Shown here piece by piece: positions 56,267 to 64,000 of a stretch of 64,000 bases of DNA. A model generated the notes under the pieces. It saw only the letters and a program-made list of their open reading frames with translations, made no database searches and was not told the origin of the DNA. Made by a program: the position numbers and the translations under genes. Source of the DNA: a virus; IMG/VR virus record IMGVR_UViG_3300025084_000007, positions 1 to 64,000 of that record. The stretch is one strand, 5' to 3'. Positions within the stretch are counted from its first letter, which is position 1, and each line of letters opens with the position of its first letter.

Positions 56267-57915
56267 TGAGTACCTCTGACGTATATCTTGGTAATCCCAA
56301 TCTAAAGAAAGCGAATATTGCTCAGGAGTTTTCTCCTGAGGAAGTAGAAGAATATTTAAAATGTGCAGATGATCCCGTACATTTTATTCTTAATTATATC
56401 AAGATCGTTTCTCTAGATGATGGTGTCATACCTTTTACTATGTACGACTTTCAAGTCGATATGGTAAAGAGTTTTCATGACAATAGATTTAATATTGCCA
56501 AGTTGCCTCGGCAGTCTGGTAAGTCTACTATCGTTACAGCATATCTTCTTTGGTATGTTCTATTCAATCCCAATGTTAATGTAGCAATCCTCGCAAACAA
56601 AGCAGCGACTGCTCGTGAGATGTTAGGTCGCTTGCAACTTAGTTATGAAAATCTTCCCAAATGGCTCCAGCAAGGTATCCTCCAATGGAACAGGGGATCA
56701 TTGGAACTGGAGAATGGCAGTAAAATTCTGGCTGCATCTACTTCCGCTAGTGCCGTCAGGGGCATGTCTTTTAATGTCATTTTTCTGGACGAATTCGCGT
56801 TTGTTCCGAACCATATTGCTGACCAGTTCTTTTCATCTGTGTATCCTACTGTATCTTCTGGTAAGTCTACAAAGGTAATTATCATCTCCACGCCACATGG
56901 GATGAACATGTTCTATAAGTTGTGGCATGATGCAGAAAAAGGCAAGAACGAATATCTCCCAACTGAAGTACATTGGTCACAAGTTCCTGGTAGAGATGCT
57001 GCATGGAAAGAGCAGACTATTAAGAACACCTCAGAGCAGCAGTTCAAGGTTGAGTTTGAGTGTGAGTTTCTTGGTTCTGTTGATACACTGATTAGTCCTA
57101 CTAAGTTAAGGACTATGCCATATGTAGATCCTATAGCACAAAATAAGGGACTTGCAATTTATGAGAGAGTGATTCCAGAGCATAACTATATTATTACGGT
57201 TGACGTTGCTAGAGGAACATCTAATGATTACAGTGCATTTGTTGTAGTAGATACGACAACTATGCCATATAAAGTAGTTGCAAGATATAGAAATAACGAG
57301 ATCAAACCTATCATTTTTCCCAACATCATTATTGATGTTGCAAGAAATTATAATCAAGCATATATTCTATGTGAGGTAAATGATATTGGTGGGCAAGTAG
57401 CAGATATTATTCAGTTTGATTTAGAGTACGAAAACCTTTTAATGGCAGCAATGCGTGGTCGTGCTGGACAACAATTAGGTCAAGGGTTCTCTGGTAAGAA
57501 GACACAACTAGGTGTCAAGATGTCTAGTGCTGTTAAGCAGGTTGGATGTTCTAACCTCAAAGCATTGATTGAAGAGGATAAACTTATCATTCCTGATTAT
57601 GAAACCATTGCCGAATTGACTACCTTTATTGTCAAGGGACAGTCGTTTGCTGCAGAAGATGGTTGTAATGATGACCTTGCTATGTGTTTGGTTATTTTTG
57701 CCTGGATGGCAATGCAAGAGTATTTCAAACAGATGCATGATAATGATGTGAGGCAACGCATCTATGATGATCAGAGAGAATCGATTGAACAAGATATGTC
57801 ACCATTCGGTTTTATTAGTGATGGTATGGAAGATGAATACTTTGCGGATGCACAGGGAGATGTTTGGCAGGTTGCGGAATATGGGGATAAGTCTTATATG
57901 TGGGAGTTTAGGTAA
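56266..57915 (+). CDS. gp17: terminase large subunit gp17
   Basis: YLGNPNLK, Walker A PRQSGKST, Walker B IFLDEFAF, ISTPHG, nuclease DVARG and DDLAM motifs. Confidence 0.97.
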   Translation: MSTSDVYLGNPNLKKANIAQEFSPEEVEEYLKCADDPVHFILNYIKIVSLDDGVIPFTMYDFQVDMVKSFHDNRFNIAKLPRQSGKSTIVTAYLLWYVLFNPNVNVAILANKAATAREMLGRLQLSYENLPKWLQQGILQWNRGSLELENGSKILAASTSASAVRGMSFNVIFLDEFAFVPNHIADQFFSSVYPTVSSGKSTKVIIISTPHGMNMFYKLWHDAEKGKNEYLPTEVHWSQVPGRDAAWKEQTIKNTSEQQFKVEFECEFLGSVDTLISPTKLRTMPYVDPIAQNKGLAIYERVIPEHNYIITVDVARGTSNDYSAFVVVDTTTMPYKVVARYRNNEIKPIIFPNIIIDVARNYNQAYILCEVNDIGGQVADIIQFDLEYENLLMAAMRGRAGQQLGQGFSGKKTQLGVKMSSAVKQVGCSNLKALIEEDKLIIPDYETIAELTTFIVKGQSFAAEDGCNDDLAMCLVIFAWMAMQEYFKQMHDNDVRQRIYDDQRESIEQDMSPFGFISDGMEDEYFADAQGDVWQVAEYGDKSYMWEFR

Positions 57916-57926
57916 GGATCCAAAAA

Positions 57927-57934
57927 TATAAATA
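57927..57934 (+). promoter_or_regulatory. T4 late promoter
   Basis: TATAAATA upstream of gp18. Confidence 0.75.
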
Positions 57935-57978
57935 ATCCTAGACAACCGATGTTGGAATTAATCTAGGAGACTTAAACA

Positions 57979-60231
57979 ATGGCAGTCAATCAATCCTCGC
58001 CAGGGGTAGTCATTCAGGAAAGAGACCTGACGACAATCACTTCACTATCAAGCGCAAACGTTGGAGTTCTTGCAGCACCATTTGAACTTGGTCCAGTAGA
58101 AGAGATTGTAAACATCTCTACCGAAAGAGAATTAGTTGAGCAATTTGGTAAGCCAAATGACTACAACTACGAGTACTGGTACACTGCTGCTCAGTATTTG
58201 AACTACGGTGGCATCCTTAAGACCGTTCGTGTCAACTCGACCGCTTTGAAAAATGCAGTTGATACAGGTTCTGCTCCCCTGATTAAAAATCTTACAGATT
58301 ATGAAACCACTATTGAAAATGCAAACAACACTTGGTCTTGGGCAGCAAAAACTGCAGGAACCAAAGGTAATTCTATCGGTGTCTTCGTAACTGATGCTGG
58401 TGCTGACCAGATTGCAGTTATTCCTGCTCCAGGTTCAGGTAATGAGTTTGAGTTTGTTAACGACGCTGCAGTAACTGCTGCTTCTGGTGCTGCTGGTAAA
58501 GTCTTCAAGTATAGTATTGTATTAACTGTCACATCTGTTGTTGGCGACTTCGTTCCTGGCACTAGTACAACTGTTGCCATTTCTGGTTCTAACGAGACTG
58601 TTAATGTTCTTGCTTGGGATCCTGCTAACAAAAAACTGGAAATCGGTCTTCCTGCTGGTGGTGTAACTGGTATCATTGCTGATGCACAAGTTGTAACTCA
58701 GGGCACTAATACTGCTGAAGTTGCTACTGCTGGCATCGAACGCAGATTGTATGTTGCCAAGAATAAGGATAGCATCGACTTTGCTGCTGCAGATAGCATC
58801 GAAGATACAAACAGCAACGCTGCTGTTATTACTTCCGTTCGTGGTGAGTATGATGAGCGTGAGTATCTGCCTGGTGTAAAGTGGATCAACACTGCTGCTC
58901 GTCCTGGTACTTCCCAGTGGACAACTACTGCTGGTGGTTTCCGTGATGAGATGCACGTCTTAGTTATTGACATTGACGGTGCTATCACAGGAACAGCAGG
59001 TGCTCTTCTTGAGCGTTTCATTGGTGTTTCCAAAGCATCGGATGCCAAAACTTCTGTTGGTGAGACCAACTATTATGCAGAAGTTATCAAGCAGCGTTCA
59101 GCGTATATCTACTGGGGTGAGCACGAGACCACATTGTTCTCTGCAGGCGCAAGTGCTTCCGATGGTACTTGGGGTTTAGCAGCATCTTCTCGTCAGTTTA
59201 ATCTGGTGCGTTCCGTTGCTGGTACAACAGACTATCCTGCTGGTCGCACAACAATTGGTTCTGCTAGCAATGCTACCGCATACTATCGTCTTGCCAATGG
59301 TGCTGACTATACACTATCTGGTGGTACATATTCAGTCGCCAACAGCGATCTTGCTACTTCATACGAATTAATTGCTGATCCAGAATCACAGACTGTTGAC
59401 TTCATCTTGGCAGGTCCTTCTGGTGCTGATGATCCCTCCGCTATTGCCAAGGTTACTTCATTGGTTAATATCGTTGAAGAGCGTCGTGACTGCATGGTAT
59501 TTGTTTCTCCTCGTAGAGGAAATGTCATTGGAGTTTCTAACTCTACAACTGCAACATCAAATATCATCGATTTCTTCGATCAACTGCCTTCCTCCTCTTA
59601 CGCAGTATATGATTCTGGTTATAAGTACATCTACGATAAGTACAATGATGTTTATCGTTATGTCCCTTGTAACGGTGACGTTGCTGGTCTTTGCTTACAG
59701 ACAACTGAAGTCGCAGAACCTTGGTTCTCACCTGCTGGTTTCCAGCGTGGTAACTTGAGAAATGCAATCAAACTTGCATATACTCCTAACAAGACTCAAC
59801 GCGACCGTTTGTATTCTGCTCGTGTCAATCCGATCGTTTCTTTCCCTGGTCAGGGCGTAGTTCTTTACGGTGATAAGACTGCACAAGGTTTCGCTTCTGC
59901 ATTCGATCGTATCAATGTTCGTCGCTTGTTCCTCACGATTGAGCGTGTAATCAGCGGTGCTGCTAAGGCACAACTGTTTGAACAGAACGATGAGTCACAA
60001 CGCGCATTGTTCCTGAACATTGTCGAACCTTATCTTCGCGATGTTCAAGGTCGTCGTGGTGTAACTGACTTCTTGGTTAAGTGCGACACTCAGAACAATC
60101 CTCCCGAATCTGTTGATCGCGGTGAGTTCTATGCTGAGATCTTCGTCAAGCCCACACGCACTATTAACTACATCACACTAACATTCGTTGCCACCAGAAC
60201 TGGTGTTGCATTCAACGAAGTTGCTTCCTGA
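57979..60231 (+). CDS. gp18: tail sheath protein gp18
   Basis: SPGVVIQERDLT, PWFSPAG..RG, FDRINVRRLF, KPTRTINYITLTF motifs. Confidence 0.97.
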   Translation: MAVNQSSPGVVIQERDLTTITSLSSANVGVLAAPFELGPVEEIVNISTERELVEQFGKPNDYNYEYWYTAAQYLNYGGILKTVRVNSTALKNAVDTGSAPLIKNLTDYETTIENANNTWSWAAKTAGTKGNSIGVFVTDAGADQIAVIPAPGSGNEFEFVNDAAVTAASGAAGKVFKYSIVLTVTSVVGDFVPGTSTTVAISGSNETVNVLAWDPANKKLEIGLPAGGVTGIIADAQVVTQGTNTAEVATAGIERRLYVAKNKDSIDFAAADSIEDTNSNAAVITSVRGEYDEREYLPGVKWINTAARPGTSQWTTTAGGFRDEMHVLVIDIDGAITGTAGALLERFIGVSKASDAKTSVGETNYYAEVIKQRSAYIYWGEHETTLFSAGASASDGTWGLAASSRQFNLVRSVAGTTDYPAGRTTIGSASNATAYYRLANGADYTLSGGTYSVANSDLATSYELIADPESQTVDFILAGPSGADDPSAIAKVTSLVNIVEERRDCMVFVSPRRGNVIGVSNSTTATSNIIDFFDQLPSSSYAVYDSGYKYIYDKYNDVYRYVPCNGDVAGLCLQTTEVAEPWFSPAGFQRGNLRNAIKLAYTPNKTQRDRLYSARVNPIVSFPGQGVVLYGDKTAQGFASAFDRINVRRLFLTIERVISGAAKAQLFEQNDESQRALFLNIVEPYLRDVQGRRGVTDFLVKCDTQNNPPESVDRGEFYAEIFVKPTRTINYITLTFVATRTGVAFNEVAS

Positions 60232-60248
60232 TAATAGTTAACATAACT

Positions 60249-60275
60249 AAGAGACCTTACGGGGTCTCTTTTTTT
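60249..60275 (+). terminator. rho-independent terminator
   Basis: AAGAGACCT-TACG-GGGTCTCTT hairpin followed by a T tract. Confidence 0.85.
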
Positions 60276-60294
60276 GTCTGAAAATATGATTTGT

Positions 60295-60302
60295 AATAAA
60301 TA
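60295..60302 (+). promoter_or_regulatory. T4-type late promoter
   Basis: AATAAATA between the terminator and gp19. Confidence 0.65.
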
Positions 60303-60333
60303 CTAGGGACAGAGACACCTGAGCAAAAAAACA

Positions 60334-60909
60334 ATGGCAAAAAGAGGAACTATTGACGATTTTAAAGCAAATGTCGCTTCGGACTTTGCGCGTCCTAATC
60401 TATTCCAAGTAGACTTAAACTTCCCACAAGGAATCATTAACAATTCTAGTCTGATTGAACTTGGTAAGTTCACTGTTCGTGCAGCGAATCTTCCCTCTTC
60501 CCAGATCGGTGTTATTGAAGTTCCTTTCAGAGGAAGAGTCCTGAAGATTGCAGGCGACAGAACGTTTGAACCATGGACCATTACCGTTCAGAACGATAGT
60601 CAGTTTGTTCTGCGTGATGCATTTGAACTTTGGGCATCCAGCATTCAAGCATACAACGAAAACTTCACTCAAGCAGGTGGTCTCGGAGATGCTGATGATG
60701 CTACTGGATACTTCGCTGACATGACTGTTCATCAGTTAGCACGCGATATCAAAGATGGAGAGTCCCCCAAGATTCTTAAGTCTTACAGATTCTACAATGT
60801 ATTCCCAAGTGCAATCGCTGCTATCGATCTTGACTTCGGTAACAACGATGCTATTGAAGAGTTCACTGTTGAACTTCAGACTCAGTACTGGACTCCTGTA
60901 CAGGGTTGA
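60334..60909 (+). CDS. gp19: tail tube protein gp19
   Basis: ARPNLFQV, VPFRGR.LKIAGDRTFEPWTIT, IEEFTVE motifs. Confidence 0.96.
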   Translation: MAKRGTIDDFKANVASDFARPNLFQVDLNFPQGIINNSSLIELGKFTVRAANLPSSQIGVIEVPFRGRVLKIAGDRTFEPWTITVQNDSQFVLRDAFELWASSIQAYNENFTQAGGLGDADDATGYFADMTVHQLARDIKDGESPKILKSYRFYNVFPSAIAAIDLDFGNNDAIEEFTVELQTQYWTPVQG

Positions 60910-60919
60910 TTGAATCCTT

Positions 60920-60927
60920 GATAAATA
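60920..60927 (+). promoter_or_regulatory. T4-type late promoter
   Basis: GATAAATA upstream of gp20. Confidence 0.6.
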
Positions 60928-60954
60928 GAACAGGACCAGTTACTTAGAAATATA

Positions 60955-62559
60955 ATGTCTCAGCTCTTCGGTTTTTCACTGGAAAGAGCAAAGAAGGTCC
61001 CCAAGGGGCCTTCTTTTGTTCAAAAAGATAGTATGGATGGTTCGCAACCTATTGTAGGTGGCGGATATTATGGATATTCCGTTGATTTTGATGGTGTTGT
61101 TCGTAATGATTATGAACTCATTTCTCGCTACAGAGAAATGGTAATGCAACCAGAATGTGATAGTGCAGTTGACGATATTGTCAACGAAACTATTTGCGGT
61201 AACTTTGATGATGTACCAGTAGAGGTTGAACTCTCCAACCTTAAGGCGTCGGATAAAATTAAAAAACTAATTAGAGAAGAGTTTGAAACTATTCTCAGTT
61301 TACTAGACTTTGAAAATCGTTCCTATGAAATTTTTCGTAGGTGGTATGTAGACGGAAGACTTTTTTATCATAAAGTAATCGACCCCAAGAATCCTGCTGG
61401 TGGTCTTGCCGAATTGCGATATATCGATCCTCGCAAAATCCGTAAGGTCACTGAGTATGAGCAGAAGAAACCCGATCAAATGCGTGGGTCTGATTTAAAT
61501 CAGCAACTGACACAAAAGGCAGCAGAGTATTTTCTATACAATCCAAAGGGATTAAAGAATTCTACAAATCAGGGTATGAAAATTACCACTGATTCTGTCA
61601 CCTATTGCCACTCAGGTATTCAAGACCTGAACAAATCTATGACTCTTAGTCACCTTCACAAGGCGATCAAAGCAGTCAACCAACTGAGAATGATTGAAGA
61701 TTCTCTGGTTATCTATCGTTTGAGTAGAGCACCCGAGCGTCGTATTTTTTATATTGACGTTGGTAATCTTCCCAAGAATAAAGCGGAACAATATCTTCGC
61801 GAAGTTATGGGACGCTATCGTAACAAAATGGTTTACGATGCAAACACTGGTGAGATTAAAGACGACAAGAAGTTTATGTCCATGATGGAAGACTTCTGGT
61901 TACCTAGACGCGAAGGTGGTCGTGGTACAGAAATCTCCACACTCCCTGGTGGTCAGAATCTTGGTGAACTTGAGGATGTAAAGTACTTCCAGAAGAAACT
62001 TTATAAGGCACTCAATGTTCCTTCCTCTCGTTTAGAAACAGAAACGACTTTTAATATTGGTCGTGCTGCTGAAATTACTCGTGATGAAGTTAAGTTCCAG
62101 AAGTTTATCGCTCGTCTTCGCAAGCGTTTCTCAGAACTCTTTACAGATCTTTTAAAAACACAACTCATTCTTAAGGGCGTCATGTCTCTTGAAGAATGGG
62201 AAGAGATGAAGAATCACATTCAGTTTGACTTCATTGCTGATAATTACTTCACTGAACTAAAAGAGATTGAAATCCGCAACGAAAGGATGAACCAAGTTGC
62301 TGCTATGGATGCTTATGTTGGTAAGTATTTCTCTGTAGAATATATGCGTCGTCAGGTTCTGAAGCAAACAGACATTGAGATTAAGGAGATTGATGAACAA
62401 ATCGCCGCTGAAATGGAAGCAGGTATTATTGCTGATCCTATGGCGGAAATGGATCCTGCTATGGATGCTGGCGGTGAAGGTGCCCCAGCAGCAGAAGTAG
62501 ATCCAAATGCACAGGAATCTTCTGTTGATCCTGGAGATGTCCGCAGAGGAGAATTTTAA
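60955..62559 (+). CDS. gp20: portal vertex protein gp20
   Basis: IYRLSRAPERRIFYIDVGNLP, EDFWLPRREGGRGTEI, EITRDEVKF motifs. Confidence 0.97.
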   Translation: MSQLFGFSLERAKKVPKGPSFVQKDSMDGSQPIVGGGYYGYSVDFDGVVRNDYELISRYREMVMQPECDSAVDDIVNETICGNFDDVPVEVELSNLKASDKIKKLIREEFETILSLLDFENRSYEIFRRWYVDGRLFYHKVIDPKNPAGGLAELRYIDPRKIRKVTEYEQKKPDQMRGSDLNQQLTQKAAEYFLYNPKGLKNSTNQGMKITTDSVTYCHSGIQDLNKSMTLSHLHKAIKAVNQLRMIEDSLVIYRLSRAPERRIFYIDVGNLPKNKAEQYLREVMGRYRNKMVYDANTGEIKDDKKFMSMMEDFWLPRREGGRGTEISTLPGGQNLGELEDVKYFQKKLYKALNVPSSRLETETTFNIGRAAEITRDEVKFQKFIARLRKRFSELFTDLLKTQLILKGVMSLEEWEEMKNHIQFDFIADNYFTELKEIEIRNERMNQVAAMDAYVGKYFSVEYMRRQVLKQTDIEIKEIDEQIAAEMEAGIIADPMAEMDPAMDAGGEGAPAAEVDPNAQESSVDPGDVRRGEF

Positions 62560-62592
62560 TTAACTAAATAATACTAATAATGGATACTTATT

Positions 62593-62916
62593 ATGCCGAG
62601 TGATATTGCAAACCAAATAGTTCAGCAAATTTTTAGTGATGACAAAGCGAAAGCAATTGACTCCATTAATGACGCTTTAGCATCTTCAACGTATGATGCT
62701 ATTCAAGCACAAAAAGTTCAGTATGCTCAGAGTATGGGTTTTGAGTTAGATCAAACCGCGCAGGATTCAGCAGATGAAATCGCTGATAGTTTGCCAGACG
62801 GTTCTGAGAATGCTCAAGATGTTGAAGTTGATGGGCGTATGCCGCATGAACCCCCTACTGATGAATTAGAACAACCTGTAGAAACCCCCGAAGAAGACAA
62901 TGAAACTGATAGCTGA
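62593..62916 (+). CDS. acidic putative prohead core protein (gp67/68 position)
   Basis: 107-aa acidic ORF between gp20 and gp21, preceded by ACTAAATA (62563-62570). Confidence 0.65.
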   Translation: MPSDIANQIVQQIFSDDKAKAIDSINDALASSTYDAIQAQKVQYAQSMGFELDQTAQDSADEIADSLPDGSENAQDVEVDGRMPHEPPTDELEQPVETPEEDNETDS

Positions 62917-63544
62917 AGAAATTACTCAAGTAGATTTTCTCTGCGAAGAGAAAGAAGGCAAGAAGAATTACTTCATCGAAGGTATCTTCTTACAGGCAGA
63001 ACTGCAGAACCGCAATGGTCGCATGTATAAATTACCAACTTTACAACGTGAAGTTGCTAAATACAGCGAGAACTATATTCAAAAAGGGCGTGCTCTTGGA
63101 GAATTAGGTCACCCCGATGGTCCTTCCATCAATCTTGATAGGGTGTCACATAAGATTGAATCTCTCAAAGAAGATGGAAACAACTTCATTGGTAGAGCAA
63201 AAATCCTTGATACCCCCATGGGTAATATTGCAAAGAACCTTCTTTCTGAAGGCGTCAGTCTTGGCGTTTCCTCTAGAGGCATGGGTTCTTTAGTCAAAAA
63301 AGAGGGTTGCAATGTCGTCGCAGATGACTTTATGCTTGCAACCGCTGCAGATATTGTAGCAGATCCATCTGCTCCCGATGCATTTGTAGACGGTATTATG
63401 GAAGGAAAAGAGTGGGTTTGGGACAATGGCATTCTCAAAGAGTCTGCTATTGCCGAGATCAAAACTCAAATTGATCAAGCAACTATTATCAATCTGCAGG
63501 AGCGTAAAATCTCCGCGTTTGCAGCATTTTTAAAGAGTTTGTGA
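62900..63544 (+). CDS. gp21: prohead protease gp21
   Basis: IEGIFLQ, NRNGRMY, ALGELGHP, GVSSRGMGS, DIVADPSAPDAFV motifs. Confidence 0.96.
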   Translation: MKLIAEEITQVDFLCEEKEGKKNYFIEGIFLQAELQNRNGRMYKLPTLQREVAKYSENYIQKGRALGELGHPDGPSINLDRVSHKIESLKEDGNNFIGRAKILDTPMGNIAKNLLSEGVSLGVSSRGMGSLVKKEGCNVVADDFMLATAADIVADPSAPDAFVDGIMEGKEWVWDNGILKESAIAEIKTQIDQATIINLQERKISAFAAFLKSL

Positions 63545-63546
63545 TT

Positions 63547-63554
63547 TATAAATA
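63547..63554 (+). promoter_or_regulatory. T4 late promoter
   Basis: TATAAATA upstream of gp22. Confidence 0.75.
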
Positions 63555-63593
63555 ATAAAAGATAACGCTACTATGCATAACGGAGAATATCAA

Positions 63594-64000
63594 ATGTCTG
63601 AGACCCTCGACAAAAACTTAGATAATATGGAGTCTGTGACCGAAGGTTCCAACGCAGTTACTAAAGATGCTAAACCTGGCGAGAAGATTGATACTTCTGG
63701 CAATGGAAATGCACCTTGCGTAGTTGATGTTACCTCGGATTCTGAAGAAGGCGCTAAAGGAACTAAGAACGCAGGCAAGTCTGCAGCAGCACCTGTAGGT
63801 AAAGCACCTGTTCCAAGCACTAAGCCAAGTGACGCATCTGCTAAAATGGAGGAAACGGAAAGTGAAGAAGAAGTCCTCGCTGAAACCGACCTCGACTTTA
63901 CTGAAGATGTTGACGCTCTTGTCGCTGGTGAAGACCTCTCAGAAGAGTTCCGTTTAAAAGCAGCAACAATCTTTGAAGCAGCTGTAACCAGTCGTGTTAA
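63594..64000 (+). CDS. gp22: prohead core scaffold gp22 (5' part, runs off window)
   Basis: ATG 63594 after a GGAG RBS; EDVDALVAGEDLSEEFRLKAATIFEAAV motif; follows gp21. Confidence 0.88.
   Translation, partial: MSETLDKNLDNMESVTEGSNAVTKDAKPGEKIDTSGNGNAPCVVDVTSDSEEGAKGTKNAGKSAAAPVGKAPVPSTKPSDASAKMEETESEEEVLAETDLDFTEDVDALVAGEDLSEEFRLKAATIFEAAVTSRV

Noticed and set aside
56266-63544. Introns, inteins or homing endonucleases in gp17-gp21
   Set aside because: The ORFs are continuous and of ordinary length, with no HNH, GIY-YIG, LAGLIDADG or intein motifs seen.
2219-63820. Numerous 60-160 aa antisense and alternate-frame ORFs in the track
   Set aside because: All lie inside well-supported + strand genes and show no recognisable motifs. 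They are expected shadows of codon bias in Gly/Thr/Ser/Val-rich genes.
1-64000. tRNA or rRNA genes
   Set aside because: Intergenic gaps are short and I recognised no cloverleaf or T-loop signature. A tRNAscan-SE run would be needed to exclude them formally.

Overview
The window is part of a T4-like marine cyanophage genome (cyanomyovirus, Kyanoviridae-type), with essentially all genes on the + strand. Positions 1-2100 hold small early-type ORFs, sigma70-like promoters and a candidate replication/regulatory region. From 2107 onward lies the virion morphogenesis cluster: a Cys-rich structural protein, PAAR, gp25, gp6, a 6375-aa gp7-like baseplate protein, a gp9/10-like fibre, a YHYH-like protein, gp8, a VrlC-like protein, a 1907-aa fibre, gp13-gp16, an accessory island, gp17-gp21 and the start of gp22. 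Many of these genes have T4-type late promoters (NATAAATA). The most notable observations are: (1) tandem phycobiliprotein-like helical repeats with conserved chromophore-type cysteines inside the giant baseplate protein; (2) an NdhP-like gene missing from the ORF track, translationally coupled to petF, plus a possible NdhQ-like gene, in a petE-petF cassette of small membrane proteins; (3) amicyanin-type copper-ligand sets in two virion proteins; (4) clustered cyanobacterial DnaA boxes beside divergent promoters and a GC-skew switch. All homology calls come from motif recognition and gene order. No searches were run, and reference sequences are quoted from memory.
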